Source: Methanobacteriota archaeon (GTDB lineage: Archaea; Halobacteriota; Bog-38; Methanoflorentales; Methanoflorentaceae). Taken from it: a stretch of 64,000 nucleotides of DNA. A program made the position numbers and the translations under genes. The stretch is from NCBI GenBank assembly GCA_963720465.1, contig OY970393.1, forward strand, positions 1,728,001 to 1,792,000. Reading direction: 5' to 3'. Shown piece by piece: positions 20,686 through 31,329 of the stretch. Each line of letters opens with the position of its first letter. The stretch's first letter is position 1. The notes under the pieces are model-generated. The model saw only the letters and a program-made list of their open reading frames with translations, had not been told where the DNA came from and did no database searches.

Positions 20686-21246
20686 CTATTCAACGACGGT
20701 CGGCCGACCTATGTGATGGCGTATCAACGCGGCAACAACGCGAGGGTCGGACGTTTCGATCGGTTCCAGCGGGTGCGAGTCATCTACGCTGTCGAAGCGG
20801 ACGACTTTGCCGCTTAGCGAGGCCAGGACGACTCGCCGTGAGTCGGCTGGAAATTTCTCGTACTCTGGCGTGATCGTGCGTGGCGATTTAGCGGCCTCCT
20901 CCACCGCCGATAATACGGCTTCGAGCGTTTTATGCTGCTCGCCAAGGTCTGCGAGTTGCTCTTGGAGCTCGACGCGTGCCCGCGCTTTATCCGGATCGAT
21001 TCTTATTTGGTATAACGAGCACTCTCTTCTGAGCATCCCCATTTCAGCGTCGTTTGTGATCACCGTGTCAAGACACTGTTTCGCGCTTCGAATCAGCTGT
21101 TCTTTCTTCTCGACCACATGAAATGCATCGGTCAGTCGGAGGGCCAGATACTCCGTTTCAAAGTGCAATGACTCGGTGATAAAAACGGTGGGAACGGGCA
21201 CTAGTTTCGATTCTAAATCCGGGGGCCCAGTGCGTTTTTTCGCCAT
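20686..21246 (-). CDS. hypothetical protein with coiled-coil segment
   Basis: 186-aa ORF with GGAG upstream; no family recognised. Confidence 0.6.
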   Translation of the reverse strand: MAKKRTGPPDLESKLVPVPTVFITESLHFETEYLALRLTDAFHVVEKKEQLIRSAKQCLDTVITNDAEMGMLRRECSLYQIRIDPDKARARVELQEQLADLGEQHKTLEAVLSAVEEAAKSPRTITPEYEKFPADSRRVVLASLSGKVVRFDSVDDSHPLEPIETSDPRVVAALIRHHIGRPTVVE

Positions 21247-21827
21247 CTCACATCTCCGCTTTTCTTTCGCTGCTGACTCGTTTGTCGCGCACTAACGGCG
21301 CTTTCGCAAAAAGTCGGCATGCTACACATTGAACGCGCATTGATAAACTTAACCTTCCTTTTTCGACTGCGAGCCAAGAAATCGATCCGAAACGAGTCCA
21401 TCAGCGAGGTGCGGGACTCCGAATAGATATTTGCCGTCCGAGCGTGAATATATGAAACGGTTCCACGTCGCTGGCGACGATCGGGCATTACGGGACCCAG
21501 TGAGGGCTCACGAACAATGGCGTGCCCGGTTGCACAACAGCATTTCTTTAGCAGGCCTTGACGCTAAACAAGGAATACAGTTTTCAACTCGCTTCGCTGT
21601 TCAATCGTACTGATGAGGAAAGGGGTCAACAGTTTGACGATCTCTGTGACCGTGACGCGAAGTCAAGGTGCTTCGCATTCGTGTCTCCGCACGCACCTAC
21701 GCTGTGGCTTATGCGAGCCTCGCACGGGAAATGCGTTAAATTTGGCCTAAAGACGAAGAACGAGTAAAGAAAAGCCGCGCGCGAGGGTGCACTCTGTCAA
21801 GGACTGTCACCAGGAGTGACGTGAACA

Positions 21828-22337
21828 ATGGACGTTACAAAAGCAATACTGTCGAGAAGAAGTATCCGCAAATACAGCGAGGAGCCCGTCTCTGATAATG
21901 ACGTAGAGGCGTTGCTCACCGCCGCAATGCATGCGCCGTCTGCGGTGAACGAACAGCCGTGGCATTTCGTGATCATCAAAGACCGAAAAACCCTCGAAGA
22001 GATCTCACGGCTTAGTCCCACGGCTCCTATGGTGAAATATGCAGCCGTCGCAATCGCGGTCTGTGCAGACAAGAATCGGGAGAAATTTCCCGGCTTGTGG
22101 GCGCTGGACTGCTCAGCCGCCGCCGAAAACATACTGCTTGAAGCGACCGGGCGAAGATTAGGGGCTGTATGGACCGCAGTTTACCCCTTTGAAGAGCGCG
22201 TCAAAGGGATTAAAGAGCTGCTCAATCTGCCTGCGGACGTTATCCCGCTGTGTATAATCCCTATAGGACGCCCAGCAGAGACCCCGGCTCCGGTTGATCG
22301 GTTCAATCCTTCGTGTATCCATCGCGACACATGGTAA
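21828..22337 (+). CDS. nitroreductase family protein
   Basis: RRSIRKY, APSAVNEQPWHF, LGAVW. Confidence 0.95.
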   Translation: MDVTKAILSRRSIRKYSEEPVSDNDVEALLTAAMHAPSAVNEQPWHFVIIKDRKTLEEISRLSPTAPMVKYAAVAIAVCADKNREKFPGLWALDCSAAAENILLEATGRRLGAVWTAVYPFEERVKGIKELLNLPADVIPLCIIPIGRPAETPAPVDRFNPSCIHRDTW

Positions 22338-22538
22338 TACCGTTGCGTGGTCGGCCTTTCTAGGGACCAACATTCTTAGCACACGCGAATGAAAACGCTT
22401 GGGGCAAAGCAGCATTCAACTCGCTATCGACCACAGCCCTGTTGAGACGAGCTGCGGTCACTTAAGCGAGGACTGCAGAACAGGTCTCTGATTGCGTTAG
22501 GACGCAGGTGGCAGCACGCCTCAGAGCAAGGGCTTCAT

Positions 22539-24023
22539 TCAACCAGCCACAGAATCGCGCGGTGCGCCTGAGGGTCGACTAAACGAGATGATCGCCGCAA
22601 ACACCGTAAACGCAGCGGCTACAAGAAACGCCTCGTGCATGCCAAACTCAAAGGCCGCCAAGACTTGAGGTGTGCCGCCGAGACCGCCCCCGTACAAAAA
22701 AACGTGGAACAAGACGACCTCAGGAATCTGGCTGAGGATAAGCGGGAAAGCAATAGCGATGGAGAGCATTTGGCCGGTGTTCATCAGCATAGTCCGTATG
22801 CCGGATGCGCTCCCGCGCTCGCTCGGCTTAACCGCACTCATGATCGCATTCGCATTCGGCGACGCGAAAAGGCCTGAGCCACCACCCATGAGCGCCATGT
22901 ACACGGCGAGGACCCAATACGGCGTCGTGCTGACCACAGTGGCTAGCCCGAGCAACCCTACGGCGGAGACGAGCAGCCCGGCCGTTGCGAGGTAGCGCGC
23001 ACCGTACCGATCGGAGAGGTGCCCTGAAATTGGCCCGACGACCAAAAAAGCGGCACCGAAAGGGGCCAGCAGAATTCCTGCCGTCAGCGGGTCGTAGCCA
23101 TAGGGCCCTTGCAGGAAGAATATAAGCACGAAGAGCACTGCGCCTCTGGCAAGCCCGTTAAGCCCGTTAGCAGCGGAGGCGAAGGCAAAGCTTCGATTCT
23201 CGAACAGGTGCAGGTTGAGCATCGGGTCATGAGCGCGCCGTTCTGCAACAACAAACAGCGCGAGACTCACTGCGGCAACGACAAAGAGCACATACACGAC
23301 CCACATGGCGGTTACGGGAAAGGCATAAAGTGACACGCCGAGAAGGAGTGCCCCCAGTCCCAGGGTGAAGGTCAGGCTTCCGGCCCAGTCAAAGCGCTGT
23401 CCTTTAGGAGGTATCACTGGCTCTCTAAGCTGCAGTACCCCCCATATCGTGCCGACAATACCAATTGGGACGTTTATTAGAAACACTAATCGCCACGAAA
23501 TCGACGTGAGCACTCCCCCAACCACCGGGCCGAGGAGGAACCCAGCGGAAAACGCGATCCCGTTCACTCCCAAGCCGAAGCCGACATTTCCCCGGCGGAA
23601 TGCATCGGTCACGATCGCCATACTGTTAGTGATGAGGAGTGCGCCGCCCACGCCCTGTATCATGCGGTAGCCCACTAAATCCAAGCCGTGATACTGTGGC
23701 TGTGCCAGTGCGCACAGCAGCGACCCAACGGTGAAGACGATAAAACCCAGATTGTAGAGGTTCTTGCGCCCGAGCATGTCGGCCAGCCGGCCGACGACCG
23801 GGACCAGTGCTGCAAGGATGAGCATGTACCCCAGCAGTACCCACATGGCCGTTATGAAGCTTGCCTGTAGATCGGCCAAAATGGTAGGGAGCGCGATGAG
23901 CACGGCCGACGCATCAATCGCCGCCATCAGCGCGCCTATCGTGGTCACTGATAGAGCAATCCACTCGTAGCTGATACCCGTATCTCCCGATGTCTTCGTG
24001 TCCATTTCTTGGCGACTGTTCAC
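22539..24023 (-). CDS. MFS drug:H+ antiporter (DHA2/EmrB-like)
   Basis: GRLADMLGRK, RMIQGVGGA, WRLVFLINVPIG; about 14 TM. Confidence 0.95.
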   Translation of the reverse strand: MNSRQEMDTKTSGDTGISYEWIALSVTTIGALMAAIDASAVLIALPTILADLQASFITAMWVLLGYMLILAALVPVVGRLADMLGRKNLYNLGFIVFTVGSLLCALAQPQYHGLDLVGYRMIQGVGGALLITNSMAIVTDAFRRGNVGFGLGVNGIAFSAGFLLGPVVGGVLTSISWRLVFLINVPIGIVGTIWGVLQLREPVIPPKGQRFDWAGSLTFTLGLGALLLGVSLYAFPVTAMWVVYVLFVVAAVSLALFVVAERRAHDPMLNLHLFENRSFAFASAANGLNGLARGAVLFVLIFFLQGPYGYDPLTAGILLAPFGAAFLVVGPISGHLSDRYGARYLATAGLLVSAVGLLGLATVVSTTPYWVLAVYMALMGGGSGLFASPNANAIMSAVKPSERGSASGIRTMLMNTGQMLSIAIAFPLILSQIPEVVLFHVFLYGGGLGGTPQVLAAFEFGMHEAFLVAAAFTVFAAIISFSRPSGAPRDSVAG

Positions 24024-24372
24024 TTTTCAGTTATATATGCATGCTGGCGGGAGCTGCCAAGGGCGCACAAGTCGTGAAGCGTGCGGGTTGACAATTAGGA
24101 AGTCTTTTTTTGGACAAGCGGAGTTAAGCATAGGCCTGACGGTGGATTGTCATGCTTGTCGTACGGTAGCGTTGGTCCATTTTTAGACGAGTCACTCGCG
24201 ACTGTACCTTAGAAAGGCGCGGGCAACGCTCCGCACTTCGAGTTGTAAGTCAAGGAAAAAAGGAGGATACCGATTTATACCTATAACGCGAGGATCAATT
24301 ACTTTCGCACCGCACGTCCGTGATTCATAACAAGGCGGACGTTCATTCCACCAGCTGGAAGAGAGTGTAACT

Positions 24373-24570
24373 ATGAAGAACAAAGCGCACCTCTATGCGA
24401 GAAGGCGGGAGATGTATCGTCTTTATGTTCAAAAATTGAACATGACTGAGATTCTTGAGAAGCTCTCCGTTAAGTACAGCGTATCCAAACAGGCGCTGTG
24501 GCAGGACTGGCAAAAGCGTACCCATTGGGTTTACGACGTCTTTGATCTCGAGCCAGCTCGAGCCTCGTGA
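24373..24570 (+). CDS. small HTH-like protein, possibly of viral origin
   Basis: RRREMYRLY..TEILEKLSVKYSVSKQALWQDW pattern. Confidence 0.45.
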   Translation: MKNKAHLYARRREMYRLYVQKLNMTEILEKLSVKYSVSKQALWQDWQKRTHWVYDVFDLEPARAS

Positions 24571-25233
24571 CCTGTTTAACTTCTCTTTTTTGCAGGCCTT
24601 CAGCAGCGCAACTTATCACAGCTTCGTTTTTGCGTGTCACTCATTCGCGTTAAAGTAGAGCTTCGCAAGTTCTTGTTGCAAAACACGAAGAATATAAACG
24701 CGACGTGATACCCTAGAAAACGTGACTTGTGTAAAACGAGATTTGGCTCTATGGGGCATGTGGGGCGAGAAAAGCTCTTGCCAGCGGCGCGCTTAAAGGC
24801 AAGGTACCTTTGTTCTAGAAGCGCTAGAGCAGATTTTAACTTACTCGACCGTTGGTAATTGGTGTTTTCTCCTCCACATCACCCATAGAGGGTACCTTAC
24901 AACATGGTACTACTCAGCTTTATATTTTGCATGTAATTCTCGTGCCTCATGGCCAATAAATAGCAGAAAAAGATGGGACAAAGGCCCAAAAAAAGACATT
25001 TTCGATGGAACTTCTTTTTATACTTATCAATAGGCTCAAAGCCCGCTAAAGCTGCTTTGATTGGTTTGGTTGAATTCGAGACGTTCTCATATTTAAGTCC
25101 AAAAAAAGTGTCATCTGCAGCATCGAACGTCTACCCAACTAAAATGTGCAGCTCGAAGCGCGTCGCAAATCAAAGCTCTAAGCCCGGAAAGGTATTTAAC
25201 ATTTGAATTGAACATTTCTGCGGTGGTTTATCT

Positions 25234-25530
25234 ATGGATGAAAAAGAACGAATCGGCGTCGTCCCGGACGCGTCGTTGTATCACGACAAAGATATCTACA
25301 CGATTGAAGTGGAGCTGCCCGGCGTACACAAGAAGGACATAGAACTTGAAGCCTCTGAGAATGGCTTTTGTCTTACCGCACCGAGAGATGACATTGAATA
25401 CGTCGGATGCTGGATACTCGCCCACGCCATTGAGCCTGAAAAGGCGAACGCTACATTCTCCAATGGACTTTTAAAGGTTACCGTACCTCTAGTAGAAAGT
25501 TTCGAAGGAGTCAAGGTACCGATAAAGTAG
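25234..25530 (+). CDS. Hsp20/alpha-crystallin small heat-shock protein
   Basis: VELPGVHKKDI, ATFSNGLLKVTVP; BRE/TATA-like GAAAGGTATTTAA upstream. Confidence 0.93.
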   Translation: MDEKERIGVVPDASLYHDKDIYTIEVELPGVHKKDIELEASENGFCLTAPRDDIEYVGCWILAHAIEPEKANATFSNGLLKVTVPLVESFEGVKVPIK

Positions 25531-25543
25531 TCTTGGAGCGACT

Positions 25544-25572
25544 GGCCCGCGAAAGGGCCGTCATCCTTTTTT
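25544..25572 (+). terminator. hairpin plus T-tract after hsp20
   Basis: GGCCC-GCGAAA-GGGCC followed by CCTTTTTT. Confidence 0.5.
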
Positions 25573-25800
25573 AGTTCTGTATCAGGTAAGCTCTAGCACG
25601 GGTGGGTGCGCTTTTTTTCTATTGTCCACACATGCGCGTGTCTTTGTGCGATCTCTGTACTGCACGCTTTTAGCGCCGTGAGCCAGGATATATTCTCTCT
25701 CGATTACCTGTTCGCAGAGCAGAAGCCGTATCTTGCCGCGCGTCTATCGCAGATTCAAAGCTGATGGCCTCGCGACGTCCTTCGTCGCACGAAGACGTGC

Positions 25801-26025
25801 TTAAACGCTGGCCTCTCTCTTAGTATGTTTTTCAAGTTGCTTTAATATCCGGAGGTATTTGCGCTCCAAATCTTTGTTCTCTGTCTTTAACTTGTCATTC
25901 TCTTTCTTCAGGCGTTGAACTTCGGCGCGCACGCGGGTAAACTCTTCCGAATGCTTCAGCTGTAGCCTTTCGTTCTCAGCTTTCAAGCGCTCGTTTTCGA
26001 CCGCAAGTAGCGATTCCTTGAGCAT
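25801..26025 (-). CDS. small coiled-coil protein
   Basis: Repeated ENERL/ENDKL/ENKDL heptads. Confidence 0.5.
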   Translation of the reverse strand: MLKESLLAVENERLKAENERLQLKHSEEFTRVRAEVQRLKKENDKLKTENKDLERKYLRILKQLEKHTKREASV

Positions 26026-26306
26026 ATGCGGTCGTAAGCTATACTAGCATAAATAGAGCGCCCCATCAGAAAGCATACCACGTCCGTTGAGCGGCGATGC
26101 AGCGCAAGCCCTCCCGCGCGTGTTGCCTGGGGAGTATGCAACTTCTTTCGTGTCTGTGGGTTAGCAGTTTAGACGCAACGCGGGGCGTGTGCGCCGTCGT
26201 CAGACAAGGGGCGCAGTTTCGCTTATGCTCAACTCCAGCCGTACAAGTCCCCCACGATGTGTGGCACGGATTGCTGCAGCCACCCGTGGCCCTGCTAATA
26301 TTGAAG

Positions 26307-27434
26307 TCAGAGAATCCCAGGGAGTCCGTCTCCTCGAGTCAGTACCTCGCAGCCGTGGTCAGTGATGCGTACGACGTCCTCCCGTCGGTAGCCTCCGAGG
26401 CCAGGCACCGCTAATACGGCGTGACCGACGCTCACCGTCATGTTGGGTCTAAGCGTGATCTCGCCGTGCTGCGGATAATGGCTCGGGTGGGGGTACTCCT
26501 CGGCCTCGAGGCCGACGCCGTGGATGTAGCCCGGAACGACGTACTTGCCGAACTCGGTCTTGTTAATGGACTCTGCCATGAACTGGGTGACCTGCTTGAC
26601 TTTCCAGCCCGGCTTTACCGCGTCGATGACCCCCTGTTGCGCTTCATCGTAGGCTGCCGCAAGCTTGATGAACTCCGTGCTCACTGCTTGGGCTATGCCA
26701 CCAGCTGATTGGCTGCACACGAAGGTACGAGCCATGTCGCAGGCATACAGATCTGCGACGGGGTGTAGATCTACGATGACGGAATCTCCGCCGCTGATAA
26801 CCCGGCGTGAGACAAATCCATGCAAGCCGAGCGAGCGCTCGCCTGAGTTAACGAACGTAAGAAACCCCAAACGCTCTGAACCTGCCTTTCGCATGGCGTA
26901 TTCGGCCTCTGCGGCAACGTCGTTCTCGGTTGCGCCGGCGATGAGCGCATCCGCCGCAGCCATCATCCCGAGCTCTGCGACGTGAGCGGTCTTTTTCATG
27001 CGAGCGATTTCATCCGCTGACTTCACCATGCGTAGTTCGCTCAAGATATCATCGTTCTCGACCATGGTGATGTCGGGATTGAGCTTTCTGAAACGAAATA
27101 CTTCGAATCCGGGAGCGGTGTGCGTATCGAAACCGACGGTAGCTTTGCGAAGGTCATGGGTCTTCATCGCGGTAAAGAAGTGCTGCATGAGTTCGTTGGC
27201 GCTGCTCCAACCGCGGACGTCATCTACCCACGTGCGCGCACGAACTTGCTCCACCTCAGGTTCAAAGACGATGAGGGTTGGATCGGCATCTCGATAGAAC
27301 AACATTCGAGCCTGCCGCCGATAATCTCCGGTAATGTAGTAGTAGTTCTCAGCACCGGCAATGAGCATCGCATCGACGTCCTTCGCGCCCATAAGCTCTT
27401 GAATCTGCTTTTTTCGGTTGATATAATCGACCAT
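26307..27434 (-). CDS. Xaa-Pro aminopeptidase (M24 family)
   Basis: LRMVKSADEI, DMARTF, HGVGLE, GGYRRED; GGAGG SD. Confidence 0.92.
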   Translation of the reverse strand: MVDYINRKKQIQELMGAKDVDAMLIAGAENYYYITGDYRRQARMLFYRDADPTLIVFEPEVEQVRARTWVDDVRGWSSANELMQHFFTAMKTHDLRKATVGFDTHTAPGFEVFRFRKLNPDITMVENDDILSELRMVKSADEIARMKKTAHVAELGMMAAADALIAGATENDVAAEAEYAMRKAGSERLGFLTFVNSGERSLGLHGFVSRRVISGGDSVIVDLHPVADLYACDMARTFVCSQSAGGIAQAVSTEFIKLAAAYDEAQQGVIDAVKPGWKVKQVTQFMAESINKTEFGKYVVPGYIHGVGLEAEEYPHPSHYPQHGEITLRPNMTVSVGHAVLAVPGLGGYRREDVVRITDHGCEVLTRGDGLPGIL

Positions 27435-27484
27435 TTTGCCTCCGAACGTCTGCGTAACCACCGCATTTCAGCGAAATGCAGCAC

Positions 27485-27856
27485 TTATCTACGAACCACG
27501 TACCTGCTGCTCTCGACTGCCTTTTCAAAGGTGCGCATGTGCGCGGCGCGCGTTGTGAGGAACAGCCTTCCGTTTCGCTCTTCGATGAACTTCTGCTCTT
27601 TGAGTTCAGAAATGCCCGCTTCAATCAGGGTTTGCGGCGTTGCCGCGTCGTCCAGGCTACAGGAAGCACACGCTTCGTGTATCTCGGCGGAGGTCAACCC
27701 TTCGCGTTTTGCTGGTTCTTCTTCCCCCTCTTCGGTCAGCATTGCGTACAAGACGCTTTGAGCCCCTAAGCTTAAGCGCCGCACTTTATCGATCAATTCC
27801 TGACTTTCAGGGGCTTCTTCGCCTGTGTAATTACTTTCTTCGTTTTCTTGTGTCAT
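27485..27856 (-). CDS. hypothetical winged-helix-like protein
   Basis: GISELKEQKFIEERNGRLFLT; AGGAG SD. Confidence 0.65.
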   Translation of the reverse strand: MTQENEESNYTGEEAPESQELIDKVRRLSLGAQSVLYAMLTEEGEEEPAKREGLTSAEIHEACASCSLDDAATPQTLIEAGISELKEQKFIEERNGRLFLTTRAAHMRTFEKAVESSRYVVRR

Positions 27857-27873
27857 TTTAACTCCTGCGTGAC

Positions 27874-28218
27874 CTACTCCAACGTCCGCGAGGCCCGAAT
27901 CATCGTGAGCAGCATCTTGAACCGCTTTGCAGCTCGAAGCGCGTGCGGGACGTTTGCGGGTATCACTACCATGGTCCCTTCACGCGCGTGGACGGCGTTT
28001 CCTCTAATCGTGATCTCTGCTTCACCGTCGACGATCTGCACAATTGCATCATATGGTGCGGTGTGTTCGCTCAAGCCTTGCCCTGCATCGAAAGAAAACA
28101 ACGTGATGGTGCCCGCTTTCGTATCGATCAGGGTCTTGCTAACTACAGAATCGGTCGAGTACTCGATCAATGCCTTCACCTCGAGTGCCTTCCCTCTGTG
28201 CGTTTCTATCTGACTCAC
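27874..28218 (-). CDS. cupin domain protein
   Basis: FDAGQGLSEHTAP..IPANVPHAL. Confidence 0.92.
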   Translation of the reverse strand: MSQIETHRGKALEVKALIEYSTDSVVSKTLIDTKAGTITLFSFDAGQGLSEHTAPYDAIVQIVDGEAEITIRGNAVHAREGTMVVIPANVPHALRAAKRFKMLLTMIRASRTLE

Positions 28219-28438
28219 TTCCGTTCCTCCACTATCCTCACTACGTCCGTCGGGCTTAAGTAGGCGCCTCGCCACGAAAACGTTTCGGGTGTGCACGGGT
28301 TATGCTTCGATTCCGATTCAACGTGCGCGTGTTCACGCGAGTCCTTTAAGCTGGCATTTTTGAATCAGAGATTAGAACTCTAAAATCAGCTCTTTTTTCA
28401 AAAGAAAGCTCTTTTAAGCCTAAAAATGGAAAATCAAA

Positions 28439-28480
28439 GGCCGAGGGCGAGATGCGAACCCGCGTCGTGGCCTCCACAGG
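28439..28480 (-). mobile_element. tRNA-His(GTG) 3'-half fragment, putative att site
   Basis: CCTGTGGAGGCCACGACGCGGGTTCGCATCTCGCCCTCGGCC: anticodon loop, T-arm, acceptor 3' strand and C73; no 5' half adjacent. Confidence 0.8.
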
Positions 28481-28569
28481 ATCGCGACCGCCTTCTGTTC
28501 CATCCAGCTCACCACGAGCGTCAGCGGCAGGTCGTTGACCCCCGCGCAAAAGAGGTTGGCGAATGCCTG
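28473..28569 (-). pseudogene. hcp: hybrid-cluster protein (hydroxylamine reductase) fragment
   Basis: [32 protein letters not shown] matches the Hcp VNDLPL..SWxEQKAV motif. Confidence 0.8.
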
Positions 28570-28680
28570 CTATCTTGAACAAAGGTCTGTTCGCAAGCGC
28601 AACTATTTTGTCCTTACGTCCTCTCTTTTTGGCCACACTAGTAAAAGTGGTTTCGGGCCAAAAAAGCTCAATTTGAGAGC

Positions 28681-29877
28681 GTGTTGCAGTACCTGAAAAA
28701 CATAGCTTTGAACGACGTCAAACTAAATCGCATTGACCTCCTTTTTTTAGCGGCAGGCGGCGTAATCTTTCTGCTTTTTGTTTTAGACCTAACCGGCACC
28801 AGAATTCTGTTCAATGGCGATGCGAGTTCTGCGAGTTTTTTGCTTAGCACGCTCACCGAAAGCCTTGCCGCGCTGTTTGCAATAACCTTCTCCGTTTTGA
28901 TCATCGCAATTGAATTCTCAGCATCGAAGTATACACCGAAAGTGTTGCACTTCCTCCTCGCATCAATCTTCAAAGATTTTCAAATCGTGGGCATCATCGT
29001 GTTTTTTATGTCCGCGATGTTCGTCAACTTCATCACGCTTGCCCACGTAAGCGGGGCTACCGTCCCCAATGATATTAGAGTGTTCACGTCACTAAGCGTG
29101 GCGCTGGCGGCGTGGTGCTTTTTGTTGATCTTAAACCTATTCCGTCGCATTCCCCGGTTCTTTAATCCTGACGACATTATTGACAACGTTAAGACCGCAG
29201 CTCTAAGGGAGAACGGACCGCGCGAAAACACGGAACTCATCAAGATCTTAGGGGATATCATTAAGAAAGAAACGCTACAGGGGAATGTTGACGTCGCAAG
29301 CGACGCTTTGACAGCGCTCGAAGACGTGTCAGTCTATAATTTCAAAAATCGCAGAGAGGGGTTAAACGAAGAGGTGCTGGAACAGCTGTTCGATATTGCC
29401 CGGACGGCAATCAGGATCGACGACACGAGTACAGAGATCGAGGTCGTTGACTCCATTCGAGCCGTGTGTGTAGCTACCATCGAAGAAGATACTAAATATC
29501 TTGGGGGTTTCAGATACCTGAGAGAGGTTGGCATCCTTGCTCTCGATCGCTCGAGAGGGATCGTCCATTCCCAGTTGTTGTTGTCAGTGTCTCACCTCTT
29601 CACCGATTTGGTATCATACGCAAAGGAGAAGGAACGGCACACGCAGGGTCTGTTTTCGATTATGCAATTCTTCATCTTGGGTAGTTTCTACAACGTAAAT
29701 CACGAGTCCGTGGCGAACCACATAATTGACGACATCACGTCTGTTTGTACTCAAAGAGAAGTCGAAGTCGCCTTCAACGGAGTAATGGAAAAGAAAGAGA
29801 CATTGCGATCGTATTTCGGAGGAAAAGATCCTGAAGATGCCATCAGAGATTTTCACGATGCTCTGATGGCATATTGA
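28681..29877 (+). CDS. DUF2254-like membrane protein
   Basis: About 4 N-terminal TM, FSASKYTPKVL motif, helical C-terminal domain. Confidence 0.7.
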   Translation: MLQYLKNIALNDVKLNRIDLLFLAAGGVIFLLFVLDLTGTRILFNGDASSASFLLSTLTESLAALFAITFSVLIIAIEFSASKYTPKVLHFLLASIFKDFQIVGIIVFFMSAMFVNFITLAHVSGATVPNDIRVFTSLSVALAAWCFLLILNLFRRIPRFFNPDDIIDNVKTAALRENGPRENTELIKILGDIIKKETLQGNVDVASDALTALEDVSVYNFKNRREGLNEEVLEQLFDIARTAIRIDDTSTEIEVVDSIRAVCVATIEEDTKYLGGFRYLREVGILALDRSRGIVHSQLLLSVSHLFTDLVSYAKEKERHTQGLFSIMQFFILGSFYNVNHESVANHIIDDITSVCTQREVEVAFNGVMEKKETLRSYFGGKDPEDAIRDFHDALMAY

Positions 29878-29892
29878 ACCTCTCGCGAACGG

Positions 29893-30087
29893 TTACAATT
29901 GTACGTCGGGAATATGGCGCTTGTCTGAGCACTTGATGTCGTACAGTTCTGCCTTTGCTTTACCAATCGGGCACTCTGGCGAGTGCTTATCGGGGCCGCA
30001 GTGCAGGCAGGCAATATCCAAAGCTCTGAGCGCGTCATCTACTTGGTCAAAGGAAATCTCTTTTCCGCTATATTTCCATTTAGTCAA
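29893..30087 (-). CDS. small Cys/His-rich protein
   Basis: CLHCG..HSPEC; AGGTGA SD before TTG. Confidence 0.6.
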   Translation of the reverse strand: MTKWKYSGKEISFDQVDDALRALDIACLHCGPDKHSPECPIGKAKAELYDIKCSDKRHIPDVQL

Positions 30088-30351
30088 ACGATCACCTTTT
30101 CTATCCAGGCTGGTTTATTATATGGTGTTTTGAATATTAAAAGCTCGCCCGATTCTTACCGCGCGAACGTCGCCTCGGCCACAAATAGAAGGTTTTAAGA
30201 AAGAAAACCAGTAGACTGGCAGCGAATATGCAAACAGCAGCGTAAACATCTTCAACTTAAACAACGTGGGCGAGGACGCCTTTATCCCACGGGCTCATCG
30301 AAGCGCAACGATGAAGAGCGAAGAGTGGCAATGTTTATCGACGTGCGGAGC

Positions 30352-31329
30352 ATGAATGAGCAATCGTCTGATTTTACAACGGATGCTTATGCATTAGAGG
30401 CGCAAGGCCTGACAAAGAGATACGGTGACCTGGTTGCGGTTGACGATCTCACCCTGCAAATTAAGAAGGGAGAGATATTCGGATTTTTAGGACCGAACGG
30501 AGCCGGAAAGACCACCGCGATCAACATGATGGTCGGACTGCTGAGCCCTACGGGCGGCGCGGTGCTCATCAACGGACAAGACCGGGCGCACGCGCCAAAA
30601 AGGAGCATAGGCATCTGTCCGCAAGAGCTCGTCTTGTGGGATGAGCTGACGTGCGCCGAGAACCTCACCGTCATCGGCGACATGTACGACCTTCCACGAG
30701 ACCTCACGAATGAGCGCGTGCGTTCATTGCTCGCAAGCCTGGCTCTCTCTGAAAAGGCGAAGACGCGCGTTTCGCAGCTATCTGGAGGCATGAAGCGCAG
30801 GCTCAATGTCGCGCTCGCCGTTATTCACGATCCTGATATCGTCGTGCTGGACGAACCCTCTGCAGGCCTAGACCCGCAGTCCCGCCTGCTGCTGTGGGAC
30901 TTCGTTCGCTCGCTCAAGAACAAGGAGGGAAAAACCATCGTCCTCACAACCCACGCCATGGAGGAGGCCGATGCATTGAGTGACCGCATCGCCATCATCG
31001 ACCACGGCAAGCTTCTTCAGCTCGACACCCCAGCGAACCTCAAAAAGACGATCGGTTCTGGTGATATCATCGAGATGCAACTCGCCGAACGGGAGAAGAA
31101 CGAAGCGGTGATGACCGACCTCAAAGCCGTCAACGGCATCCTAGAAATCCAAGAAATCAACGACGCGGGCGGAACGATCACCATACGAGCGTTAAACGCC
31201 GTTAGCCTCCTCCCTGAGATAATCGAACGCGTCGATGCGACTCGAACCCGCGTCTCGGATATTTCCATTCGGGAAAACACGCTCGAGGACGTCTTCATCT
31301 ATCTCACCGGAAGGGGGCTGCGGGAGTGA
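30352..31329 (+). CDS. ABC-2 transporter ATP-binding protein
   Basis: GPNGAGKTT, LSGGMKRR, VVLDEP. Confidence 0.95.
   Translation: MNEQSSDFTTDAYALEAQGLTKRYGDLVAVDDLTLQIKKGEIFGFLGPNGAGKTTAINMMVGLLSPTGGAVLINGQDRAHAPKRSIGICPQELVLWDELTCAENLTVIGDMYDLPRDLTNERVRSLLASLALSEKAKTRVSQLSGGMKRRLNVALAVIHDPDIVVLDEPSAGLDPQSRLLLWDFVRSLKNKEGKTIVLTTHAMEEADALSDRIAIIDHGKLLQLDTPANLKKTIGSGDIIEMQLAEREKNEAVMTDLKAVNGILEIQEINDAGGTITIRALNAVSLLPEIIERVDATRTRVSDISIRENTLEDVFIYLTGRGLRE

Noticed and set aside
28439-28640. Intact, intron-containing or split tRNA-His
   Set aside because: No 5' half or BHB-forming leader nearby, upstream DNA translates as Hcp, and the T-loop is degenerate (TTCGCAT)
28626-28664. TTTTTGGCC/GGCCAAAAA inverted repeat as an IS end or MITE
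   Set aside because: Single 9-bp arm pair, no target duplication or transposase; a terminator-like hairpin is equally plausible
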